A DNA stretch of 64,000 nucleotides. Source: Acidimicrobiia bacterium. Lineage in GTDB: Bacteria; Actinomycetota; Acidimicrobiia; Spongiisociales; ZC4RG35. Numbering within the stretch: position 1 is the stretch's first letter; each line of letters opens with the position of its first letter. The stretch is from the NCBI GenBank assembly GCA_965215185.1, contig OZ244034.1, forward strand, positions 2,560,001-2,624,000, given 5' to 3'. Both the position numbers and the translations under genes were made by a program. Shown here one piece after another: positions 12,397 to 22,760 of the stretch. The notes under the pieces were generated by a model. It saw nothing but the letters and a program-made list of their open reading frames with translations, had not been told where the DNA came from and made no database searches.

Positions 12397-12743
12397 CCCG
12401 GAGCGAATAGTAGGGACGTATCCCCAGGTCAGCGTGTTATAAACTTTGGCCGGTATCACTTATGTTATCTCATCGGTGTGAGCATTTTTGATGAGGGCAG
12501 CAGGAGGCCACCGAGGCCGATTCGCCACTCCCGGCAACAATCCCGTCACGAAGAGAGGTATCCCCCTTTAGTAGAAGTAGGAGTCGTCCATGTCGGGGTG
12601 GGGCCGAAGCCGGGGCGTCCACCATCCCGCTCCAAGCCAAGAGCCGACACCAAGACACTCCGTACGCTCGCTATTTATACCAAACCGGGAAGCGAAGCAA
12701 TCGCGGAACTGGCATCCACCTTTGACAGGCAACGGTCGCTGCG

Positions 12744-13212
12744 ATGAGCCGCCACGGTTTGGGTCATCGTTGCCCACCTCTGGTAGAGGAGACACGGGTA
12801 ACCCGTGCTGAACTGATTGCTGTGTGCCTGGTCCTGGTTATCGAAAGAGGCGCCAGATATGATAGACCCCCGGAGAAATACGGTAAACGAACCCCAGATT
12901 GGTGGTTGGACCTCCCAGACGTCCGACAGGTGGCGTTCGAAGTCACTAGCAAGACACACACTGGAGATATGAGCACTTGGGCTGCATAAAAGTAGGGAGG
13001 CTGTTTCTGGCGGGCGCTTATGGCGATTGGGGGATAGTTTGATGGATCTTGCAACGGAAAATGAAGGACAAATACGAACAGGGACAACTCGCCGGGGTTC
13101 GCGAGAATGGCGCTGTGTCCAGCTGGACCAAGCTGCCGGAAGCCAGTTGAACGGTCCATTTCCAGCCTCTCAGCAAAGTCGCTATCTCGCCCGAGACCGG
13201 CCACCCCTATGA
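12744..13212 (+). pseudogene. Degenerate PD-(D/E)xK-like nuclease remnant
   Basis: RTPDWWLDLPDVRQVAFEVTS motif followed by stops and frameshifts. Confidence 0.3.
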
Positions 13213-13317
13213 TGTGTTCCCACCCCCGGCTGTCGGTGCTCGTTGGTGTGTCTCAGTTGATCGGTCTGAGCCACGTCTGCGCATGGCGAAGACTCGGTGC
13301 GACCATGTTGGGGACGC

Positions 13318-14475
13318 TCACTGGAAATGCCCGGCCGATAGTTGCCGAGTGAAATATTCGAGACCGAGACGAGGCAGAAGTCTCGCTATGCGTCCCGCTT
13401 GACCACCTTCTATCAGCAGGTCCGCCTCAGCCAGTATCTTCTCATCGCCGATTTCTGATATGTGCCTACCGTCGATGGACACATTTCGTTGTTTGGCTAT
13501 AGAGGCCTTGGCAGAGGACACGGTTGCGTAATCTCCTGCCGCCCGTTGGATGTGGGCGTATCGTGAGGCTTCCATTCTTGCGATCAAGTGCCTGTACTGT
13601 GCGGGTGCCAGGAAGACACTTCCAACTAAAGCCATTGCCCTTGACATGTCCGACTTGTCACGGTCTTTCATTTCCAGCGCTTCGTACAAGACGTTTGTCA
13701 CTTCGTTGGTAGTTGGATTCAGTAACGCAAGCCAGAACCACAAGGTGGCTTGACGGCGAAGGGCACTGTGGATTAGCAATCTTCGTCGGTCCGTGGATCC
13801 CGTGTCGAGATGGTCACGGTTGGTGAACATGTCCATGAGGTCCTTCCCGTCCAAGAGTTTGTCGGGCCGTTGACGGAAAAGGTCTACTGACCGAGAGAAG
13901 AAGTACGAAGTTGGGTCCAGTGTCTCCTCTCCTTTGGTGATGTGAACTGTCGAACCAGGATTCAACACGACGGTCTGTACCCCCTCAAAGATCTGTCGTC
14001 GGTCTTCTCTCTTCCACCGGACGAAGTCTGCACGGGAGGCTGGTTCCACTTTCGTGTTGTTGCGTACCAGGACAGCGCCCTTCCTGAAGATGTGTCTTGA
14101 CTGATCTTTGCCGTCAATACAAATCACCAGGGGAGGATCGGGATGCTGGGGGACGATCATTTCAATCACTACTGTCCCTTCGGGGCATCTCTCACGGCGA
14201 AAGAAGATTGCCACTTCGACACGTTCCGGATTGATGTGCTTCTCGACCAGGTCTCCTATCCGGGCTCCGTCCCATTTAGTACGGTCCTGTTCAGGTATCC
14301 CAACCCGCTCGCCATCGTCAGCAACACCAACCAAGATTCGTCCCCCCTTCGTGTTTGCCATGGCTACAACTTCCTTGACCAGTTGTAACTGATCTGGCTT
14401 GACAGTGGGATCAAGAGTCCGTTTTAGTTCAAGATCGTCTCTTTCCGTCTCTATCGGGGAGGTTGTATTGCTCAA
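13318..14475 (-). CDS. Schlafen/AlbA_2 domain protein with unrecognised C-terminal domain
   Basis: ERDDLELK...LVKEVVAMANTKGGRILVGVADDG is the AlbA_2 signature; intact 385-aa ORF. Confidence 0.85.
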   Translation of the reverse strand: MSNTTSPIETERDDLELKRTLDPTVKPDQLQLVKEVVAMANTKGGRILVGVADDGERVGIPEQDRTKWDGARIGDLVEKHINPERVEVAIFFRRERCPEGTVVIEMIVPQHPDPPLVICIDGKDQSRHIFRKGAVLVRNNTKVEPASRADFVRWKREDRRQIFEGVQTVVLNPGSTVHITKGEETLDPTSYFFSRSVDLFRQRPDKLLDGKDLMDMFTNRDHLDTGSTDRRRLLIHSALRRQATLWFWLALLNPTTNEVTNVLYEALEMKDRDKSDMSRAMALVGSVFLAPAQYRHLIARMEASRYAHIQRAAGDYATVSSAKASIAKQRNVSIDGRHISEIGDEKILAEADLLIEGGQAGRIARLLPRLGLEYFTRQLSAGHFQ

Positions 14476-14710
14476 TGCCGTGGCGACGAGTCGGGCGCAG
14501 CTGAGGTTGCCGCCCGAATATCCGGTCCGCCCCGCGAGAACAACCGAAAATCTGGCCTGTTGTGGAGCGAACTATCAACGATTCTCATCTTCTTCCTAGC
14601 ACCTTCCCAAACGAAATGTTCTCTGCATTGGCCCCGTGGTGGGATGTTGTCGACCACCCCTTGACCTGCACCTTAGTAGAGGCCCGTGGTAGAGGCGGGT
14701 TTCTGATCTA

Positions 14711-14829
14711 GGTAGAACATGATTTTTGATCGCATGGGCCACAGTCGTGGTGGCGGGTACCGAGGGGGGTTCTGGCTTCTCAGGTCTGGGGGTGAGAACC
14801 TGAGGAACCCCCCGGCATGATTGTCTACC
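14711..14829. mobile_element. MITE-like non-autonomous element
   Basis: Ends GGTAGA...TCTACC flanked by TA on both sides; internal GC hairpin; no ORF. Confidence 0.4.
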
Positions 14830-14890
14830 TAAGCCTTGCGGTGCTTAACCATTCGCGGTGATGCGGCATCTTGGCCCACTCCCTCACCAA

Positions 14891-15591
14891 TCAGAGGATG
14901 TGAGGGTTGGCTGGGAAATGTCGAGCAGCGCAGATTTCCTCAATGACTTCTGTACGCCAGCAAAGACCCAGGCCAGGGTCTAAGTCCGAAGACAACACCC
15001 GGCCGCTGTAGCAGCCGACGAACTCGGTTGCTGTACCGCCCAGGACCAGGTGGTCCATATTTGACGGGGAAGGGCCACCTATCGAAGGAGTCTTGTACGG
15101 GTCGGTGAGGTCCCATGTTCCCGTGTACTGGGCGATCACGGGGGCACCGGACATTCCCGGACGCGTTTGGCTGTCGATAAAGAAGGCTGGTAGTCCTTCT
15201 AGCGGATCTCTTTCTTTGCCCTTGGCAGGATCCTGCTCAAGTGTTATCGGAAAGAATGGTTCTGATGCGATGTATCCGGCTTTCCAGACGGGCAGGCAAA
15301 GCTTGACCTCGATACCTCGCAGGTAACCGAGAATGAACACGGGTACCCCTGGCTCGACTGGTATGCGATCACCGCTGACTGTATTGATCGCGCGATGCCA
15401 AAGATGTGACTGTTGCTTAGGCCAGTGAGTTTCAATGGCGATCACGTCACACTTGTGCCCCAACCCGGGGTGTACATACCAGACTGGTTTATCGTCTTGG
15501 AATAGGTTAATGTGTAGCGTTTCCAGAGACCGCTTCGGCAACGGCCTCGGTTTTCCGCGTCTCCTTTGCCAGGCCCCTCCTCCGTTTGTTC
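14891..15591 (-). pseudogene. Trypsin-like serine protease, N-terminally truncated
   Basis: CDVIAI (catalytic Asp), VFILGY, DSQTRPGMSGAPV (catalytic Ser); the His-bearing N-terminus is replaced by an IS remnant. Confidence 0.75.
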
Positions 15592-15766
15592 GATAGCGAC
15601 CTAATCCTATCGGCACTTGGAGGGGTCTCCAACCTAGAGAAGCGTGAGGATGTCACGTGTCTCCCATGGGGGTTCGTCGACTCCGGCGGCCATGGCGGGG
15701 GTGATGCCCCTTCCGAGTGCCTGGTGGGGGCGGACAAAGTTGTAAACCATAAAGTGGAGGGCGAGG
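15592..15766 (-). mobile_element. IS1-family transposase 3' remnant with terminal repeat
   Basis: Minus strand LALHFMVYNFVRPHQALGRGITPAMAAGVDEPPWETRDILTLL* (stop at 15634); end GATAGCGACC resembles IS1-type termini. Confidence 0.65.
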
Positions 15767-15774
15767 GAATGTCT

Positions 15775-16312
15775 GGAGTTGCCCCGTTTGTGTGGACGGT
15801 TTGGTGGTGCCCCACTTTGGTGGAGTCGGGTTATTTGAAATTGGTGGTGTGACTGACTCGAAAGGACTCTTCATGCCTTATCGAATATCCCCGAGTTCCG
15901 TCGCAGGGCGCTTGATCTGCTTGCAGTTGGGTAGGTCGGTGGTGTCGTTGTCTGCGGTTCTTGGGGTGTCCGATACAGACGATCTACAACTGGCGGTGTG
16001 GGGACCGAATCGACCGCGGTCTCGACCCTGGTGCCACTTCGCAGGAACAGGCCGAACTGTGGGCCGCTCAACGTCGGATCGTTGAGCTGGAAACTGAACT
16101 GGCTGTGACCAAGCGGGCTATGGAACTGCTGAAAGCCCAGGTGGCGTGTCGAGTGTTCGGAGTGTCAGAGTCTGGGTTCTACGCTTGGAGGTCCCGCCCG
16201 CCCTCAGCCCGCTTGCATCCGCCACGTCTGGTTGACCGACATCATCCACCACATCCATGAACAGTCACGCGGTCCGTATGGGGCACCGCGGGGGCACGCC
16301 GAACTGCGAGAC
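15775..16312 (+). mobile_element. IS3-family remnant (orfA plus start of orfB, frameshifted)
   Basis: EFRRRALDLL...TIYNWR...ELETELAVTKRA, then VACRVFGVSESGFYAWRSRPPSAR. Confidence 0.85.
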
Positions 16313-16505
16313 CGCGGCCATTTTTGACGAGGCTGTTGAGGTTCTGGATTTGCATTCTTCCGCCGTACCGTTTTTTCCAGGCGGGAGTGCCGAAGGGAAT
16401 GTGCTGGTAGGTGTCGAGTTTTTCGACGGGGATGGTTAGGGTGCCTTTGCAGCAGTATTCTTGGTTGATGGGGGTGGCGTAGGGTGTTTTGACAGAAACG
16501 GGCGC
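16310..16505 (-). pseudogene. Transposase C-terminal fragment (same family as 23040-23840)
   Basis: EYCCKGTLTIPVEKLDTYQHIPFGTPAWKKRYGGRMQIQNLNSLVK parallels RCCGGKVTALVGDLDLHQEHPYGTTA. Confidence 0.55.
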
Positions 16506-16924
16506 GGAATCAGGCTGGGCAGCGTGCTCCAGATCACGGATCTCCCTCCGGCGACGGCCATGAACCCGCTGGCACGAATGACCACAACACGGACACGACG
16601 ACCTCGGGCGGTGTTAGCTCTTGCCGTAACCGATACCCTCATTCGTGGGGTCAGAATGTGTGACACACCCGCTGAAAAAGTGTGACACGCTCCCGAACCC
16701 CCCTACAGCACCCCAGGTCAGGGGTGGTGGCAAACTGCCCAAATAGGGACAGCACCAACTGTTTGTCAGCGGTGATGTGATAGGTTTGCGGAATACCAAA
16801 CGGTGAGAAGAGATCTCCCGTCACGTTCCGTGTTAGAGCCACCAGCGAGGGTCCCGGCGCTGCTGCACCCGTCTATCGGTGTGGTGCGTTTGCCTATAGG
16901 GGTATCCCCTCCCACGCACCTAGC

Positions 16925-17979
16925 TGTACTTCCCAGGGACATGGTTGACAGTTAGGTGTTTGGTTGTTGAGGGCCTCCCTGGTTTGATTCGTGGGTGGAA
17001 TGAATCCTCGAGTCAGAAGGAAGGCCCTCGTGAGAACCAACTGTAGAAAGTTGACACCGTTCGGTAGGCGGTTGTTGGTGGATCGGATCTTGGTGGAAGG
17101 CTGGCCAGCGGCCCGCGCCGCCGAGTCGGTGGGGGTGTCCCGCCAGACCGCCTACCGGTGGCTGCGACGCTTCCGGGAGGAAGGCGAAGCCGGGCTCCTG
17201 GACCGTTCCTCGCGGCCTCGTCACAGTCCCAACCGGGTCTCTTCGGAGATGGAAAAGCGGATCATGGAGGATCGGGTCACCGAACGGGAAGGCCCTCATT
17301 TGATGGCCGGGCGGCTGGGGGTACCGCGTTCCACCATCTACCGGGTGCTCCGTCGCCGGGGCCTGTCCCGCCTCTCCGATTTGGACCGCACCACCGCCAC
17401 CCCGATCCGCTACGAAAAAGACTGCCCAGGTGAACTGGTACACGTCGACATCAAGAAACTGGGCAGAATACCCCGCGGGGGCGGCTGGCGGGTCCTGGGC
17501 CAACCGAAGGCGGGACCCAAACAGAGGGTGGGATATGAATATGTGCACTCCATGGTCGATGACCACACTCGCATGGCCTACCCGGGAAGTGCTCGACTCC
17601 CAAGACGCCCAAGCCTGCGCACAGTTCATGCTCCGCGCCGCTCGCTGGTTTACCACCTGGGGGTATCGCATCGACCGGGTGATGACCGACAACGCCATGG
17701 CCTACCGCCGAAGCCGGGCCTTCGCCGATGCCCTCACACAGATCGGCGCCGCTCACAAACTGACCCGTCCCTACCGACCCCAGACCAACGGCAAGGTGGA
17801 ACGGTTCCACCAGACCCTGCTGGGAGGCTGGGCCTACAAACGCCCCTATGACACCAACCAGCAACGCCGCCAAGCCCTCACCAGGTTCCTCCGCACCTAC
17901 AATCACCACCGACCCCACAGCTCACTGGGAGACCAACCACCCATCACCCGCCTCGTAACCCACCTCTGTGGGAAGGACA
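16925..17979 (+). mobile_element. IS481-family insertion sequence
   Basis: TGT...ACA ends (TGTACTTCCCA / TGGGAAGGACA); 6-bp TSD CCTAGC at 16919-16924 and 17980-17985. Confidence 0.92.
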
Positions 17980-17984
17980 CCTAG
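17030..17984 (+). pseudogene. IS481 transposase with one frameshift near 17580
   Basis: GELVHVDIKKLGRIP, VDDHTR, RVMTDN, PQTNGKVERF; stop codon completed by the TSD. Confidence 0.88.
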
Positions 17985-18182
17985 CGTCCCTCATTGGTCT
18001 GAGTTGCCCCCGATGGAAATGCCCGAGTGACAGCCCGGAGTTTGTCAGGATCTGTGAACCAATGCACAGGTCACCGGCCGCTCCCGCCTTGCTGGCATGC
18101 CGCGCTAAGACCCCTAAACCATTGATCACATCCCCAACCACTTCCTCGTCCCAAACCGGCTTCAGTTGATCAACCAGCAGTC

Positions 18183-18453
18183 GGGCGGCGCCCAGTTCGC
18201 CCTGTTCCGCTGAGGTTATCCCTGGTTCGAGACCGCGGTCGATTCGGCCCCCACGCCCCCAGTTGTAGATCGTCTGGTCCGACACTCCTAGATCCGCAGA
18301 CAACGACGCTACCGACCTACCAGCTGCAAACAGGTCCAGCACTCTGCGACGGAACTCGGGTGAACATTTCGATAAGGCATGAAGGCCCTCCTTTCTGGGT
18401 CGGTCATACCACCAAATTCAAAATCCCGACTCCACCAAAGTGGGATACCACCA
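18183..18453 (-). mobile_element. IS3-family left end plus orfA fragment (diverged inverted copy of the 15800 element)
   Basis: Shared CCCACTTTGGTGGAGTCGGG end and ATGCCTTATCGA start; LGVSDQTIYNW. Confidence 0.8.
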
Positions 18454-18883
18454 TAGCAACACCCTGGCCTTTAGGCTGGTTTGACAGAGAAGGGCGTTTA
18501 GAGTTGGGCCCTGCCCCCCCTTTCGGGCTGGCGGGTGCCTGCCAGGCCCCCTTGTCGGTCAAGGCCCCCCGACCGAATCCCCCACCGGCCACAAGCCCGG
18601 GGTCGCCCCCTTTTTTCCGGAACGGTCTCAAGGGCGTCTCCCGCCACGGGCGCCGCCGACCCGGAAACGGCCCCATCCCAGTTTGCCCAGGCTGTCGGGA
18701 GGGTGTGATCGGAAACCGGTGGGACTGGAACGGGGAGAAGGGGAGGGGCTTTGTTCAGGGGTGGAGTGATCGGCGCAAGGGGAGAGGAAAGTTTAGGCTG
18801 GAGGTCGACAGGGTTTCTGTTGTGCGGTGGTTCAAGCCGGTAGACAAACGGGGTGGAAAGATCGGTCGTTGCGGGAAAGAAAT

Positions 18884-18914
18884 CGTGTGTGGGCAATCCA
18901 CACGTTTGCACTAA
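18884..18914. other. Candidate oriT (inverted repeat upstream of relaxase)
   Basis: CGTGTG...CACACG hairpin followed by TTTGCACTAA, about 100 bp upstream of the relaxase ATG. Confidence 0.35.
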
Positions 18915-19018
18915 ACTGCCGAAATGTTCGCCATCGCGTTTTCCCAGGTCACAGACCCCATCACGGGAATGACCGACAACGACCAGAAACGACCACCGGG
19001 GTGTTGCATCCTGGGTCC

Positions 19019-19495
19019 ATGTTGTCAATCGGGAAGATCAGCGTCGCCCACCACTCGTCCTACACCTCAAGGGCGGCGACCAGCCGCGGTGGGTAATACA
19101 CCGACGGCGGCCGCGCCGGTGATTGGCTGAACTCGGGCAGGTTGGGAGTAGCAGCCGGGGAGCTGGTTTCACCCGGCGCATAGCAGGCATCGTTGAGTGC
19201 GGTGGATCCGCCCAGCGGCGCCCAGTTGGGTCGCCGGTTTGAGGTGGGTGGGACTTTCGTGGACTCCTTGGGAGTTCAGCGGGAACAGCGGCCGTGCGCG
19301 GCGTATGACATCAACCTATTCGCCGCCGAAGTCGTTTTCGGTGGCTTGGGCGCTGGCGATACTGATACCAGAGCAGAGTTGGAAGCGGCGTTCGATATGA
19401 GTTGTCAGGCAGCGGTTGATCACGTCCAAGAGAGGGCGGTAGCTTCCCGGAAGGGAGCGGGCGGTGTGAAGCGGGTGGAGGTTCCCGAAGGAGCG
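19019..19495 (+). pseudogene. MobF/TrwC-family relaxase, frameshifted N-terminal fragment
   Basis: MLSIGKISV start, AAYD/TYSPPKSFSVAWALA motif, AVASRKGAGGV. Confidence 0.8.
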
Positions 19496-19852
19496 CCGTC
19501 CTCCAACGGCCTCATCGAGGGCATCAACAATCTCATCGAGGCTCAACGGACCAAGATCAGATCGCCTAAGGTCGGCGGGGTCTGCGCCAACGATTTCGTA
19601 AAGGAGCTTCCCTAGTTCGGCTATTGTTTCTTCAGTTGCTGGCATCGCATCTCCGACAAGAGCCTGGGTGGTTTATCTACAGTGACTAGTTACACCGCTG
19701 GTATTTGCTTTACCCCAGCGGGGGATCTAGGTTCTTGTCGGCGCAGTGACCTGTGGCTTTCCCCTCAAAGCGAACCATGACCATTAGACTCCTCGACCCA
19801 TCGCGGCAGGGACTATCGTAGCGACCCTGCGCGACCCCTGACTGGATTTGCC

Positions 19853-20383
19853 GTGATTGAAGCGTACGCTCGGATGTTGAGAAACTACATGGTTTTTGGC
19901 GGGCGCACAACACGGTCCGATTTCTGGTCATTCGTGCTGGTTCACAGCATGATAACCCTTGTCACATTGATACTCTCAGGCACCCTTCACGACGCGTTCG
20001 GCATACTCTTGGCACTGTACCTCCTAGCGACGCTAATGCCTACCGCGGCCGGAGTAGTCAGACGCCTACATGACACTGGCAGAGGCTTCTGGTGGCTGCC
20101 TGTGGGCGTCGGTCTGCCCGCCGTGGCCTCTGCAATGGTCGCAATAGGTTTCCAACTCTCGGGAGTGGGTTTCGCGCTTGGACTGTTCACAGCGATCATC
20201 CATGGAGAACATGACGCTGTAAGGGAAGGCGAACGCTTGTTCCTCCTTGGTGCTTGGCTTATTGTTTTCAGCGCGTTAGCAGCGGTCGTAGGCGGGATAC
20301 TGGCGATTGCCCTCCTGGTGTTATTGGCGGCCCCTGGTAACACAGGAAAAAACAAGTACGGCCCACAGCCGAAAAGCTCGTAA
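19853..20383 (+). CDS. DUF805 domain membrane protein
   Basis: FGGRTTRSDFW, VRRLHDTGRGFWW, NKYGP. Confidence 0.9.
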   Translation: MIEAYARMLRNYMVFGGRTTRSDFWSFVLVHSMITLVTLILSGTLHDAFGILLALYLLATLMPTAAGVVRRLHDTGRGFWWLPVGVGLPAVASAMVAIGFQLSGVGFALGLFTAIIHGEHDAVREGERLFLLGAWLIVFSALAAVVGGILAIALLVLLAAPGNTGKNKYGPQPKSS

Positions 20384-20765
20384 CGGTTCCTACGCGTCTC
20401 AGAGAGCGGGCTCACCTTGAATTCTTTCTTCAGGGGACCGATTGAGGCAAGCGCAGAGAAGACCTCGGTTTACACAATCTGCCTGCTGTCTTAGACAAAG
20501 TGCTCGCCGCGGTTGGTCATCAGCGGGATATCGAGGGTTCCCGGTCTTCCTTACAGTTGGACCTGTAGGGGGGATAACCCTTGTTGCTGGTACACGGCAG
20601 CATGAAACCAAGCTTCCGAGGCTTTAGGGTGTATCCGCCTTATCGATTGTCTTGAGGTGCGGCAACCGTCGGGGTTGGGCCGGTGGGGATAGTGCAGTGG
20701 CTTTCTGTTTGGCTCGCCAGGTCCAAAATAGTCTGCTCCTTTTGGCCTGAGGCACCGTGACGTGA

Positions 20766-20799
20766 ATATAAGCTGATGGTGATCTAGATATAAGCTGAT
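20766..20799 (+). promoter_or_regulatory. 12-bp direct repeat ATATAAGCTGAT x2
   Basis: Exact copies at 20766-20777 and 20788-20799, upstream of the SLH-LRR gene. Confidence 0.45.
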
Positions 20800-20832
20800 T
20801 CCTCACATTTAGACCTATCGAAAGGGGACACC

Positions 20833-22617
20833 ATGAGCAGTTTCAGGTTGAGCAGACGGGGAGGACGGTGTGTTAGCCGATCCCTGACGCCTCCGATTGT
20901 GGTGACGGTTTTGGTGTTCATGGCCGTGGCGGCTTTGGTGGTGGTTCCGGCCGCGGCCCAAGATGCTGAACCGTTTCCGGACATGGACTCTGGGGCCTAT
21001 TGGGCAGTCCCTGTCACCGAGTTGGCTCAGGCTGGGGTGTTCGCCGGGACGGAGTGCGCGGAGGGCTTCTGCGCCGACGATTTACTGGACCGGGCCACGA
21101 TGGCAGTGTGGACCGTGCGTGTCCTAGACGGTGAAGACCCCGAGCCGGTGGAATCCACACGCTTCGGGGACGTCGAAGACTCCCATCGCTACGCTGCGTT
21201 CATTGAACGCTTCGCCGAGCTTGGTGTCACCAGGGGATGCGGCGATGGTACCGTGTATTGCCCCGAGCGCAATGTGACACGAGCTGAGATGGCGGTGTTC
21301 CTCACTCGGGCCTTCGACCTGCCGCTGGGGCCCGAGCCGGGCTTTAGCGACGTGCCTTCTGACGCCTGGTATGCGGACGATGTGGCGGCTTTGGCCGCGT
21401 CCGGTATCACCAGGGGATGCGGTGATGACACGTTCTGCCCGGGCGCCGACACGACACGCGGTCAGATGGCGACGTTCCTTCACCGGGGGCTCGCCCTTTC
21501 CGACGGTGAGGGGGAGGTTGAGACCACGGAACGGGAAGCCGACTCGACTGCCTGCGCCAACCGGGATAAAGGTGTCCTCGCGACGTTGTATCAGTCGATG
21601 GATGGCTCGAATTGGCAGCGGGACACGAACTGGCTGAGCGACGAAACGCTCGACAGTTGGTACGGAATCCAAACCGATACCCGCGGCTGCGTCACTCACA
21701 TCGATCTAAGCGACAATGATTTGAAGGGCGCGATACCGACCGATGTGGGAATGCTGTGGAGCTTGAAGGTGTTGGATCTGAGCTGGAACAATGACCTCAG
21801 CGGGACCATCCCTGTGGAGTTGGGCAACCTGGTGAACCTGGAAATCCTCGACTTGAATGACCAGGGGGGCCAGGGCGACCGGAGCCAGGGCCTGAGCGGG
21901 ACGATCCCCACGGAGCTGGGTGGATTGGCGAACCTGCGAACGCTGAATCTGGCGTTCCATCTGCTGGACGGTGAGATACCCACTGAACTGGGCAACCTGT
22001 CCAACCTGGAAGATCTGTTCCTGCGAGGCAATTCTCTGAGCGGGAGCATTCCGGCTGAGCTGGGTGGACTTTCCAAGCTCGAACAGTTGGCGCTGAACCA
22101 CAACGACCTCAGCGGGACCATCCCCACGGAGCTGGGCCAACTCTCGGCACTGACATTGCTGTCGGTGACTGCGAATGAGTTGAGCGGGAGCATTCCGGCC
22201 GAGCTCGGGAATCTAGCGCGTATCAAGAACTTGTGGCTCAACTTGAATGATCTGAGCGGCACGATCCCCGCAGAGCTCGGCATGCTCTCTCGACTGGTAG
22301 ACCTTGACCTCCGCAGCAACTTCCTCAGCGGCACGATCCCCGCAGAGCTCGGCATGCTTTTGGCGTTGGACGACTTGGATCTCAGCGATAACAGCCTGAG
22401 CGGCACGATCCCCGCAGAGCTCGGCATGCTCTCTAGGTTGGAGAGCCTGAACCTCCGCAAAAACTTCCTAAGCGGAGATATCTCCGTGTTGGGTGACCTG
22501 ACCAGGCTGCGCACTCTCTACCTGTCCAGCAACGATTTCACTGGCTGCATCCCCGACCGATTCCGCACGCTTGACCGGACCGACATCGCGAGACTCGGTC
22601 TGGCCTATTGCGAATAG
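20833..22617 (+). CDS. Secreted SLH-domain plus plant-type leucine-rich repeat protein
   Basis: Signal peptide, three SLH repeats (GVTRGCGDG..YCP...TRAEMAVFL), about 12 LSGTIPAELGxL repeats. Confidence 0.9.
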   Translation: MSSFRLSRRGGRCVSRSLTPPIVVTVLVFMAVAALVVVPAAAQDAEPFPDMDSGAYWAVPVTELAQAGVFAGTECAEGFCADDLLDRATMAVWTVRVLDGEDPEPVESTRFGDVEDSHRYAAFIERFAELGVTRGCGDGTVYCPERNVTRAEMAVFLTRAFDLPLGPEPGFSDVPSDAWYADDVAALAASGITRGCGDDTFCPGADTTRGQMATFLHRGLALSDGEGEVETTEREADSTACANRDKGVLATLYQSMDGSNWQRDTNWLSDETLDSWYGIQTDTRGCVTHIDLSDNDLKGAIPTDVGMLWSLKVLDLSWNNDLSGTIPVELGNLVNLEILDLNDQGGQGDRSQGLSGTIPTELGGLANLRTLNLAFHLLDGEIPTELGNLSNLEDLFLRGNSLSGSIPAELGGLSKLEQLALNHNDLSGTIPTELGQLSALTLLSVTANELSGSIPAELGNLARIKNLWLNLNDLSGTIPAELGMLSRLVDLDLRSNFLSGTIPAELGMLLALDDLDLSDNSLSGTIPAELGMLSRLESLNLRKNFLSGDISVLGDLTRLRTLYLSSNDFTGCIPDRFRTLDRTDIARLGLAYCE

Positions 22618-22699
22618 GAAACGACCCGTGCCAGAGGGCAGGACAGACCCGAAAGGCGGCGAATAGCCCAGAGTTCGGGTCTGACTGCGACAGCTTTGA

Positions 22700-22760
22700 C
22701 AGCTGCACTTCCCACATAGGTGGATTACAAGTCGGGTTGTGATGGGGGACTGGCCTTCCT
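22700..22760 (-). mobile_element. IS481 right-end remnant
   Basis: GQSPITTRLVIHLCGKCS parallels DQPPITRLVTHLCGKDT at the end of the 16925 element. Confidence 0.6.

Noticed and set aside
12397-12747. C-terminal 115 aa of the 309-aa M20 ORF as a new domain
   Set aside because: Read-through into island DNA after the insertion junction
19316-19645. Minus-strand 109-aa ORF, or ISL3-like SNGLIEGINNLI peptide on the plus strand
   Set aside because: Overlaps the relaxase remnant; too short and ambiguous to call
21696-22514. 272-aa minus-strand repetitive ORF
   Set aside because: Antisense shadow of the LRR repeats
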